From a virus (lineage: Duplodnaviria > Caudoviricetes): a stretch of DNA of 30,723 nt. Shown here one piece after another: positions 1 to 7,015 of this stretch. Below the pieces are notes generated by a model, which saw only the letters and a list, made by a program, of their open reading frames with translations, was not told the origin of the DNA and ran no database searches. The first letter of the stretch is position 1. Each line of letters starts with the position of its first letter. The DNA lies in IMG/VR virus record IMGVR_UViG_3300037692_000017, positions 1-30,723 of that record, one strand, 5' to 3'. The translations under genes and the position numbers were made by a program.

Positions 1-191
1 CCTTTATTCGCGTGACACCAATTTTTCACAACTCAATTGTCATCTAATGTTACCATTTTGACAACAATACCACATCGTGGTATGCATCATTATTGTTGCA
101 CTGTTACCAGATTGTAACACTTGATATTGACAAGTAAGTTGCACAATTCATATGGATTACTATAAACTACACAATTCATCTGTCAAATAGC

Positions 192-410
192 TAAGTCGTT
201 GTTTTATCGTGTTTTGACCTAAGTATTTAATATCACTTAATTAGTACGTTAATACGCTCGATTCGTCATGTTTGTAAGTGTTGAATATCATTGAATAATA
301 CCCACAATATACTCGGTGAATATCCTGATTAATACTGCTAAGTATTTGAAATCACTACATAAGAATTTCATTAATACGGAAATTAATATGGATAAGTATT
401 TGATATTATT
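192..410 (-). repeat. Array of five co-oriented ~13-18 bp repeats (TAAGTRTTTGAWATCAYT-like) matching the IHF consensus on the minus strand
   Basis: Copies start at 192 (taagtcgttgttt), 220 (taagtatttaatatcact), 275 (taagtgttgaatatcatt), 339 (taagtatttgaaatcact) and 393 (taagtatttgatattatt). The reverse complement of the 393 copy, TATCAAATACTTA, is a perfect WATCAANNNNTTR match; the others have 1-2 mismatches. Confidence 0.65.
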
Positions 411-536
411 ACAGTTAATAGAATTAATCGTTAATATACAGAAAAAGGGTAAAAAGAAAGAAAAGGTACCATAGGTTAAAGGTCAAAAATGCTGATAGCA
501 AAAAGACTATCTAAACCTATGGTAGTAAGTACTATG

Positions 537-598
537 TATATATATATTTATATATTAATTATATATATATTATATATAATATCCTTATATTATAAGGA
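537..598. other. 46-bp pure A/T (TA-dinucleotide) tract ending in a palindrome; candidate DNA-unwinding element
   Basis: 537-582 contains only A/T. Palindrome tccttata-t-tataagga at 582-598. Confidence 0.55.
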
Positions 599-752
599 CT
601 TAAGAGTTAATACAAATTACTCCTTTTAACAAATTTGAATATTAATGTCAGGCTGGTTGTGGATTACAGCCGATTAACGTATGTTAGGCATGTGTCAGGA
701 AGAGGATTCGAGCTATATTGTGGGCAAATTCTGGAGAATGATCGATTTCCTC

Positions 753-781
753 TTGACATTGTTAGATACTACTATTACGAT
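753..781 (+). promoter_or_regulatory. sigma70-type promoter
   Basis: TTGACA (753-758)-N17-TACGAT (776-781), upstream of the RBS (gggaga) and ATG at 829. Confidence 0.7.
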
Positions 782-828
782 GGTGATAATGGTTAGTTTA
801 AATGTTAATTTAATGGGAGAGCTATAAC

Positions 829-1368
829 ATGAGTCTAGAAAGTGGACAAACAAAGTATCTAGGAGAAACCTTAAAATGCGTCAGATGTCATCACGAATGG
901 ATATGTCGTCTTGATCGAAGACCTATTCAATGTCCCAAGTGTACTTCTCGTAAATGGGATGAAGAAAAGACGGTACGTGTAAACGTTAGAACATATCATA
1001 AAAACGATAAACCTAGAACCGAACTCATGTATGATATGTTGATGGAAATGTTTGATTATAATCCCCATACAGGTGTCCTTACCAGAAAGATTGACAGACA
1101 TGGCGCTAAAGCTGGTAGTGAAGCTGGTTATTTTACTGGTAATGGAAACGGTTCTTTGGCGATGTTCATTAACGGTAGAGAATATTTAGTTCACCATATT
1201 ATAGTTTTTATGATGACTGGTTTCATGCCGCATGGTATAGTGAAGCATGTTGATAAAGATAACTCGAATAATGAATGGTTGAATCTGCAATATCCTGCGT
1301 CTGGAACATTGGAAGATCAGATTGAGCATCTTAATAATTGGAATGAAGTTCATGGCAAAGGAGAGTAA
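829..1368 (+). CDS. Zn-ribbon + HNH homing-endonuclease-like protein, probably degenerate
   Basis: N-terminal CVRCHHEW...CPKCTSRKW. Then FDYNPHTGVL...AG...INGREYLVHHIIVFMMTG...VKHVDKDNSNNEWLNL, typical of phage HNH_3-type nucleases, but the DH motif reads KH and the final N-x-x-N helix is missing. Confidence 0.7.
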   Translation: MSLESGQTKYLGETLKCVRCHHEWICRLDRRPIQCPKCTSRKWDEEKTVRVNVRTYHKNDKPRTELMYDMLMEMFDYNPHTGVLTRKIDRHGAKAGSEAGYFTGNGNGSLAMFINGREYLVHHIIVFMMTGFMPHGIVKHVDKDNSNNEWLNLQYPASGTLEDQIEHLNNWNEVHGKGE

Positions 1369-1369
1369 A

Positions 1370-1516
1370 ATGAGTTTAAGACGAATTGCAGAAGTAAGAG
1401 AAGTACAATCTATAGAAGAGGTTGTCATATCCTGTCATGCTTGTAATGCTCAAAAAAATTGTAGAACTCCCGAAGAATGGTTAGCTGGTGATGATTGTAG
1501 ATGGAGTAGGTTATGA
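1370..1516 (+). CDS. Small protein resembling the C-terminal half of an HNH domain
   Basis: ATG 1370 follows an aaggag RBS. VISCHACNAQKNCRTPEEW matches the CxxCNxxK..TPEEW tail of HNH nucleases. Its stop overlaps the next ATG. Confidence 0.5.
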   Translation: MSLRRIAEVREVQSIEEVVISCHACNAQKNCRTPEEWLAGDDCRWSRL

Positions 1517-1923
1517 CTCCAGAACAATATGTTAAATCATCAGGATCGGAACATTCGCATCAGGTAGCACTCTTTATGTGGTGCGCTCTCAATGTGGGCA
1601 AGTATAAAGAACTCGAATGGTTTCACGCCATAAAAAACGAAGAGAAGTCGGGAAGCGTTGTAGTTGGCGCTAGGTCAAGAGCTGCTGGAATTAAATCAGG
1701 TGTTAGTGATATGTTACTTCCTGTAAGGCGCGGTGAATATTCAGGATTATACATTGAACTTAAAAAACCTTCTCGTAAACCAAAGCGTAACGGTAAAGGT
1801 GGGGTTTCCGATGAACAACTTGAGTTTGGTAAATTTGTTCAGTCTCAGGGATTTGGTTTTGTTGTTTGCTACGGTTGGGAAGAAGCCGTAAAAGTATTAA
1901 TTCAATACTTAGAGCAAAAATAA
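1513..1923 (+). CDS. VRR-NUC domain (PD-(D/E)xK) nuclease
   Basis: SEHSHQVALFMW...FHAIKN...GIKSGVSDMLL...LYIELKK...SDEQ...QGFGFVVCYGWEEA. Confidence 0.85.
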   Translation: MTPEQYVKSSGSEHSHQVALFMWCALNVGKYKELEWFHAIKNEEKSGSVVVGARSRAAGIKSGVSDMLLPVRRGEYSGLYIELKKPSRKPKRNGKGGVSDEQLEFGKFVQSQGFGFVVCYGWEEAVKVLIQYLEQK

Positions 1924-1925
1924 TC

Positions 1926-1956
1926 TTGACAGTCTATTTGTGATGTGTAATAGTGT
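1926..1956 (+). promoter_or_regulatory. Probable sigma70 promoter of ORF 2006
   Basis: Perfect TTGACA at 1926-1931. The -10 is imperfect (AATAGT at N17 or TAGTGT at N19). Strong RBS taaggag before ATG 2006. Confidence 0.45.
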
Positions 1957-2005
1957 AGTCATCAAGATTCAAATTAAACCGTAAACAAATATAAGGAGAC
2001 TTAAG

Positions 2006-2590
2006 ATGGAAAACATTTACACAAGATCGGCAAAGGTTCTTAACCGAGTGGTTGAGGAAACGCTTAAAGGAAGTTTCGCTTATTGCAGACATGATGCCGA
2101 AATCGTCTACTTGATCGAAAAAGGTTTTGTTGAAGTAAACCAGGAAATGGTTGATAACGATGGTGGGGTTGCGACTCGCGCGACTGAAGCAGGAATTGAA
2201 AAATCAAAAGGAGCTAAAGCTGCTCCAAAGGAAAAGAACGAAATGAATGGATTTGTAATTGAAAATATCGCTGTTGAAAAGAAACGCCGGTCAAGTGGTA
2301 AAGCGTCAATTTACCCCTTTGAACTACTTGAGGTCGGTCAATCATTCTTTGTACCCGCCACTGAAAAAAGACCTGAGCCTTGGTCAACTATGGCATCCAC
2401 TGTTGGAACAGCTATAAAACGCTTCTCAGAGCCTGTTGTCGATGAAAATGGTCAGCCTGTCATGCGCGAGATCGTTCGTGGACCAAATAAGGGTGAATTG
2501 ACCCAGGAAACGAAATCTACCAAAGTTTTTGTTTTGACGAAAGACAGCAAAGACGGTGTTGACGGTGCCAGGATTGGCCGAACTGAATAA
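2006..2590 (+). CDS. Conserved phage hypothetical protein, putative DNA-binding
   Basis: Strong RBS. Basic KKRR followed by a YPFELLEVGQSFFVP motif and C-terminal GARIGR, a pattern I recall from small phage DNA-binding proteins. Flanked by a promoter and a terminator. Confidence 0.6.
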   Translation: MENIYTRSAKVLNRVVEETLKGSFAYCRHDAEIVYLIEKGFVEVNQEMVDNDGGVATRATEAGIEKSKGAKAAPKEKNEMNGFVIENIAVEKKRRSSGKASIYPFELLEVGQSFFVPATEKRPEPWSTMASTVGTAIKRFSEPVVDENGQPVMREIVRGPNKGELTQETKSTKVFVLTKDSKDGVDGARIGRTE

Positions 2591-2614
2591 ATCGTAATCA
2601 TATCCGGTATATTT

Positions 2615-2647
2615 AAAGCTCCTTGCGTTGATTCGTAAGGAGCTTTT
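2615..2647 (+). terminator. Rho-independent terminator
   Basis: aaagctccttgcg-ttgatt-cgtaaggagctttt: 13-bp stem with one G-U pair, ending in a T run. Confidence 0.75.
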
Positions 2648-2662
2648 GGTGGTAACATCTAC

Positions 2663-2691
2663 TTGATTTTCCTATAAACTTGCGGTAGTAT
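2663..2691 (+). promoter_or_regulatory. sigma70-type promoter for the HNH-terS-terL unit
   Basis: TTGATT (2663-2668)-N17-TAGTAT (2686-2691), just after the terminator. Confidence 0.55.
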
Positions 2692-2715
2692 TAAAGAAAA
2701 CTTCTGAGGTACTTA

Positions 2716-2931
2716 ATGAAAACTGTTAAGGAAATGGGAATTTATTTGCACAACTTGGCACTTACTGGTGGAGCGTCTGCTATATCTCACGAACTGCAAA
2801 ACATCATTACTGCTGTTAAAGAACAATGCGCCATTAACGCTGAAAATGAAATTGTTAGTTTTGGTGTTCCAAGGAAAAGCACAATCATTGAACGAATAAA
2901 ACGAGTAATTAGATGCCATCCGCTCCATTAA
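2716..2931 (+). CDS. Hypothetical protein
   Basis: gagg RBS and ATG; overlaps the next gene; no recognised motif. Confidence 0.55.
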   Translation: MKTVKEMGIYLHNLALTGGASAISHELQNIITAVKEQCAINAENEIVSFGVPRKSTIIERIKRVIRCHPLH

Positions 2932-3332
2932 GACCTTGTAGAAAAGTAGGTTGTAATAAACTGATAAGTACAACTTACTGCGATGAGCATCAAAAAAAGA
3001 AAACGGCTGACGAAGTTACAAAACGTAGAAATTATGACAAAGTGCGCGGTACTCGTACTGAACGTGGTTATAATAATCGTTGGTTAAGGTACTCTAAAAA
3101 TTACAGAAAGAATAATCCTCTTTGTGTTGAATGTGAAAATGAAGGAATCGTTAAATTAGCAGAATGCGTTGACCATATAGTTCCCCACAATGATGATGAT
3201 GATATGGAATTGTTTTGGGATGAGAATAATCACCAGTCGTTATGCTATTCTCATCATAATGCTAAAACCGCTAGAGAAGATGGCGGTTTAGGTAACGTGA
3301 AAAGGTATAACCATGATAGAACATCCAGATAA
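2913..3332 (+). CDS. Terminase-associated HNH endonuclease (HK97 gp74-like)
   Basis: MPSAPLRPCRKVGC...YCDEH...RGYNNRW...NPLCVEC...VDHIVPH...LFWDENNHQSLCYSHHNAKTAREDGG, immediately upstream of terS. Confidence 0.9.
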   Translation: MPSAPLRPCRKVGCNKLISTTYCDEHQKKKTADEVTKRRNYDKVRGTRTERGYNNRWLRYSKNYRKNNPLCVECENEGIVKLAECVDHIVPHNDDDDMELFWDENNHQSLCYSHHNAKTAREDGGLGNVKRYNHDRTSR

Positions 3333-3795
3333 AAAATCATTACGTTTGTTAAAAAACGACAAAGCTCACGCTCATCGTTATAAAAACAACAGCGATGTCG
3401 AACCCTCAAGCGAAAGACCAGTTGCTCCTGGATACCTTTCAGAACGTGCTAAGGAAATCTTTAATGACTTTGTTGAACGTATCGAAGACATTGCTCCTGC
3501 GAGTAAAACCGATCTGGATATTATTGTTCTATATGCGAATAACAAGGAGCAACTGGAAAGCTACGAATTGTACCTTCGTGAAAACGGTTCTACTTACGAA
3601 TATCATACTGTTCATTCAACCAGTGTAAAACCTCGTCCCGAAATAACGATGCTAAAAGACTGTAAAACCCTTCAATACCAAATTCTTAAAGAGTTTGGTT
3701 TGTCACCTTCTTCTCGTAGCAAGGTTAAAGTGAAGCCTAAAGAGGTGAAGAAGGAAAATCCATTTGCTGCTGTTGGTAAACAAAAACAAGGATGA
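3313..3795 (+). CDS. terS: Terminase small subunit (P27 family)
   Basis: APGYLSERAKEIF...KPRPEI...EFGLSPSSRSKV...NPF; lies between the HNH gene and terL. Confidence 0.88.
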   Translation: MIEHPDKKSLRLLKNDKAHAHRYKNNSDVEPSSERPVAPGYLSERAKEIFNDFVERIEDIAPASKTDLDIIVLYANNKEQLESYELYLRENGSTYEYHTVHSTSVKPRPEITMLKDCKTLQYQILKEFGLSPSSRSKVKVKPKEVKKENPFAAVGKQKQG

Positions 3796-3802
3796 CCCGA
3801 CT

Positions 3803-4000
3803 ATGAGTGATTATGCTGATGAGACTAATGATAAGTTGAAAGAGTTCCTTAAAGGAAAGGTTATCTCCTCTATAATTATCGATGACGAAACCGATATGTA
3901 CAATAAACTGGTTATAAAATTCAGTGACAATACTGAATTGGTAATCGAATATGATTATATCTTCGATATTGTGGGAATTGATGTAAATCGTAGAATATGA
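3803..4000 (+). CDS. Hypothetical small acidic protein
   Basis: Likely ATG 3803 (MSDYADE...), after aagga. Stop overlaps the next ATG (ATGA). Confidence 0.55.
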   Translation: MSDYADETNDKLKEFLKGKVISSIIIDDETDMYNKLVIKFSDNTELVIEYDYIFDIVGIDVNRRI

Positions 4001-4278
4001 GAGCTAAAAATCCAAACTGCCCGAAGTGTGGTGTAATTAGAAGTACTGACAATACTTCAACAGTTTGGACAGAAGACGGTAGTTTAAAATTACTATACAT
4101 TTGTAAAGAGTGCGCTACTAAATACGTAAGAGATAAACGTTATAGAGTTATGTCTGATAAACAAATTCTTGCCGTTTATGAAAAGCATTTAAATTGTATT
4201 GAGATGCTAGTTGTTGTTTTAAAAGAACGTGATATCTCAAAAGAAGTAACCTTTCCCACATACCTTGAGCAGTCATGA
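3997..4278 (+). CDS. Hypothetical Zn-finger protein
   Basis: CPKC...CKEC; ATGA-coupled on both sides. Confidence 0.6.
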   Translation: MRAKNPNCPKCGVIRSTDNTSTVWTEDGSLKLLYICKECATKYVRDKRYRVMSDKQILAVYEKHLNCIEMLVVVLKERDISKEVTFPTYLEQS

Positions 4279-6137
4279 CAAACCAATTCACCTACGTCGA
4301 AAGACTGCTCAAGTATTGCCATGACGCAATAGCCGATGTCATCCCCAATCGCAAAACCTGCCTACTCGAAAAACTCGCCTGTCAACGTCATCTTGACGAT
4401 TTAACAAAACAAGACGATCCTGATTATCCATATTACTTTGACGAAGACGCTGCAAATAGCAGATGTTTCTTTACCGAATGTTTGCAGCATGTAAAAGGTA
4501 AATGGGCTGGTCAATTCATAAAGCTTGAACCTCACCAAATTATGATGCAGTCTTGTGTATTCGGCTGGTTAAAGAAGAAGAATGATTTGCGAAGATTTAA
4601 TAAGGTATATTTTCAATGCCCGAGGAAGAATGGAAAATCGATAGAGGTAGCGACATCTGGCTTATGGATGGCATTTGCTGATGGAGAAAAGGGTGCTGAG
4701 GTATACTCTGTTGCAGGAAGTGAGAAGCAAGCCGGAATGACATTTATTCCTGCTTGGTTAATGGTTAGCAAAATCGATGCATTGCGAGAATACTACAATT
4801 TAAAATTGAGCGGTACTGCCAAAAACCCTACAAGCATTTATTGTGAAACTGATATGTCAAGTTTCATGCCTGTAATAGGTAGTCCTGCTGATGGGACAAG
4901 CCCTAGTTCTGCTGTCATAGACGAGTATCATGAAAATCCTTCTAGCGTTGGATATGATACAATGCTTACTGGCATGGGGGCTAGAGAACAACCCATCCTA
5001 TTCGTTACAACAACGGCTGGTGTTAATACTTCATATCCTTGTTTTGAATTGTACACTGATAGTAAAAAGATATTGTTAGGAACTATTACCGATGATACTA
5101 CTTTTGTTCTTATATACGAACCTGATGAAAACGATGATTGGCAGGATTTTGAGGTATGGAAAAAGGTTAACCCAAACTACATGATCTCAATAGATGAAGA
5201 TTTCTTGTGGGGAAGATATCAGGACGCTTTAAATAAACCACAAGAACGTAATATAATCTTAACGAAGCATTTAGATTTATGGTTAAATTCAGGAGTCGGT
5301 GCGTTCGATATGCTACGCTGGAATAAGTGTGCTGATACTACTTTAAAAATAGAAGACTTCTACGGTCAAGAATGCTGGTTAGCGTTAGACTTAGCTTCTA
5401 AGATTGACTTAGCTGCTTTAGTGTATTTATTTAAATATAAACGTAATGTTATAAACGCGAATTGTCCAAAGTGCTTCGGTGAAGTAGTTGTTAAAAATGG
5501 AATGAACATATGTGTTAGTGGTAATAAGCTAGAAGATGGTGAAGTTTGTAATTGGGAGAAACCTGTTTCAAGAAATTGTGTTGTTGGTTTTGCCGATCAT
5601 TATATTCCTTCAGAAACAGTAGAAAAGAAGGAAAATCAACATTATCGTACTTACAAAGAAGGTGGTTGGTTAAATGTAACAGAAGGAGCTAGAACAGATT
5701 TTCATTTAATCGAAGCTCATATCAAAGAAGCTGATAAGAATTTTATTGTAAAAGAGCTAGTATTTGATCCTGCTGAAGCAAGTTATTTGATTCAAAATAT
5801 AGAACAATGGTGTGCTTTTACTTGCGTAGAATTTGCTCAAGGACCTGCTAACATTTCACAACCTATGAAAGAAATGGAGGCTATGATCCAGGCTGAAGAG
5901 TTTTGGCATAATGGTAATCCTCTTTATACGTGGTGTGTTGGTAATATTGTTAAAAAACAAGCTCGTTCTGGTGGTTCAACTAAACACTATTTTCCAACTA
6001 AGACCAACGATAAACTAAAGATAGATTCAGGCGTAGCTACTATTTGCGGCTTAGGTAGATTAATCCCTCACAAAGATGAAGGTGCTTATGAGAATAGGGC
6101 GGCTTCTAACCAAGAAAGGATTTTGCGCGTTTTGTAA
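4275..6137 (+). CDS. terL: Terminase large subunit (Terminase_1, HK97-like)
   Basis: Walker A PRKNGKS, Walker B AVIDEYH, motif III TTTAG, nuclease motifs LDLASKIDL and KIDSGVA. Confidence 0.96.
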   Translation: MTNQFTYVERLLKYCHDAIADVIPNRKTCLLEKLACQRHLDDLTKQDDPDYPYYFDEDAANSRCFFTECLQHVKGKWAGQFIKLEPHQIMMQSCVFGWLKKKNDLRRFNKVYFQCPRKNGKSIEVATSGLWMAFADGEKGAEVYSVAGSEKQAGMTFIPAWLMVSKIDALREYYNLKLSGTAKNPTSIYCETDMSSFMPVIGSPADGTSPSSAVIDEYHENPSSVGYDTMLTGMGAREQPILFVTTTAGVNTSYPCFELYTDSKKILLGTITDDTTFVLIYEPDENDDWQDFEVWKKVNPNYMISIDEDFLWGRYQDALNKPQERNIILTKHLDLWLNSGVGAFDMLRWNKCADTTLKIEDFYGQECWLALDLASKIDLAALVYLFKYKRNVINANCPKCFGEVVVKNGMNICVSGNKLEDGEVCNWEKPVSRNCVVGFADHYIPSETVEKKENQHYRTYKEGGWLNVTEGARTDFHLIEAHIKEADKNFIVKELVFDPAEASYLIQNIEQWCAFTCVEFAQGPANISQPMKEMEAMIQAEEFWHNGNPLYTWCVGNIVKKQARSGGSTKHYFPTKTNDKLKIDSGVATICGLGRLIPHKDEGAYENRAASNQERILRVL

Positions 6138-6144
6138 ATTAGGC

Positions 6145-6173
6145 TTGCATAAAAAAGTTAGGGGAGATATTAT
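6145..6173 (+). promoter_or_regulatory. sigma70-type promoter heading the cargo block
   Basis: TTGCAT (6145-6150)-N17-TATTAT (6168-6173); aggag RBS before ATG 6206. Confidence 0.6.
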
Positions 6174-6205
6174 TTGAAATAAACTTCACCTCTTTAGGAG
6201 AAAAT

Positions 6206-6580
6206 ATGGCCGGTTCTTGGTTACAGCTCGAAAGCGACAAAGGTTCACTTAATTCTTCGTATTCTCGCCCTTTAGGTTTAAGGTATCAATTTATTGCTGA
6301 TGCTGAAGATGGGTCTATCCCCGATTTACCTGTTCTTGGAGCTGGTTTTGTTTTTGGTATTGACGTTGAATTTGATGGCGTTACTGCACCAAACGAATTG
6401 ACGTTAATAATGAAGACGAAATACGGTAATACTCAATGGAGTCCTGCGAAACTTACCGCTTCTGGTTTTCTTAAACCGGATTCTCCCGAATCCGCTCCTA
6501 ATGGATTCGTCTTGACTGCCACACAAACTGCCGTTGCTACGAATAGTGCCAAAGGTGTATTGACCGTTCATATAGGTTAA
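6206..6580 (+). CDS. Hypothetical beta-rich protein, possibly virion-associated
   Basis: Strong RBS; no signal peptide; ADAEDGSIP...TAP...NSAKGVLTVHI pattern suggests a small all-beta domain. Confidence 0.6.
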   Translation: MAGSWLQLESDKGSLNSSYSRPLGLRYQFIADAEDGSIPDLPVLGAGFVFGIDVEFDGVTAPNELTLIMKTKYGNTQWSPAKLTASGFLKPDSPESAPNGFVLTATQTAVATNSAKGVLTVHIG

Positions 6581-6583
6581 TTG

Positions 6584-7006
6584 ATGAAACCTATTGATTT
6601 GGTTGTTCGGCATTTTTCTGGTAATCGTATTCCTGGTGATCTGATAGCTTATTTCAAAAACGGAACGGTTGATAGTATTGGCCTATTGATCACTGACTAC
6701 GATGCAGTCGGGGTAACATGGCAACCTGTTTTTTTCAGCGATCCATCTACTCCGATTAGCCGGACGCTTGCTGAATGGTTTCCAATTTTACTGGCGCACG
6801 GAAGTATCAACTTGGAAAACGTCATCTGCTCGGAATTGAAGGGTTTTGCTGTTTATCCGGTTGATACTTCGAGGGAGATGTTGAACAAGGCTTTGCGGTG
6901 GTTTGGATTGCCTGAGGTAGTACCAGAGCCATCAAGTTTTAACTCATTAACAATGGAAGAATTCTTTGCATTAACAGAAGAACAATTTAAAGCATTAAAC
7001 CAATAA
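6584..7006 (+). CDS. Hypothetical protein
   Basis: Open frame between neighbours (ATG 6584 or TTG 6581); C-terminal mini-repeat LTMEEFFAL/LTEEQFKAL. Confidence 0.6.
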   Translation: MKPIDLVVRHFSGNRIPGDLIAYFKNGTVDSIGLLITDYDAVGVTWQPVFFSDPSTPISRTLAEWFPILLAHGSINLENVICSELKGFAVYPVDTSREMLNKALRWFGLPEVVPEPSSFNSLTMEEFFALTEEQFKALNQ

Positions 7007-7015
7007 GGAATAAAT

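Noticed and set aside
192-440. Regularly spaced repeats as a CRISPR array
   Set aside because: The repeats are short (13-18 bp), degenerate and unevenly spaced (28-64 bp), and no cas genes are present; they fit protein-binding sites better.
5433-5579. Intein in TerL
   Set aside because: The insert is only ~45 aa, with no intein splicing motifs.
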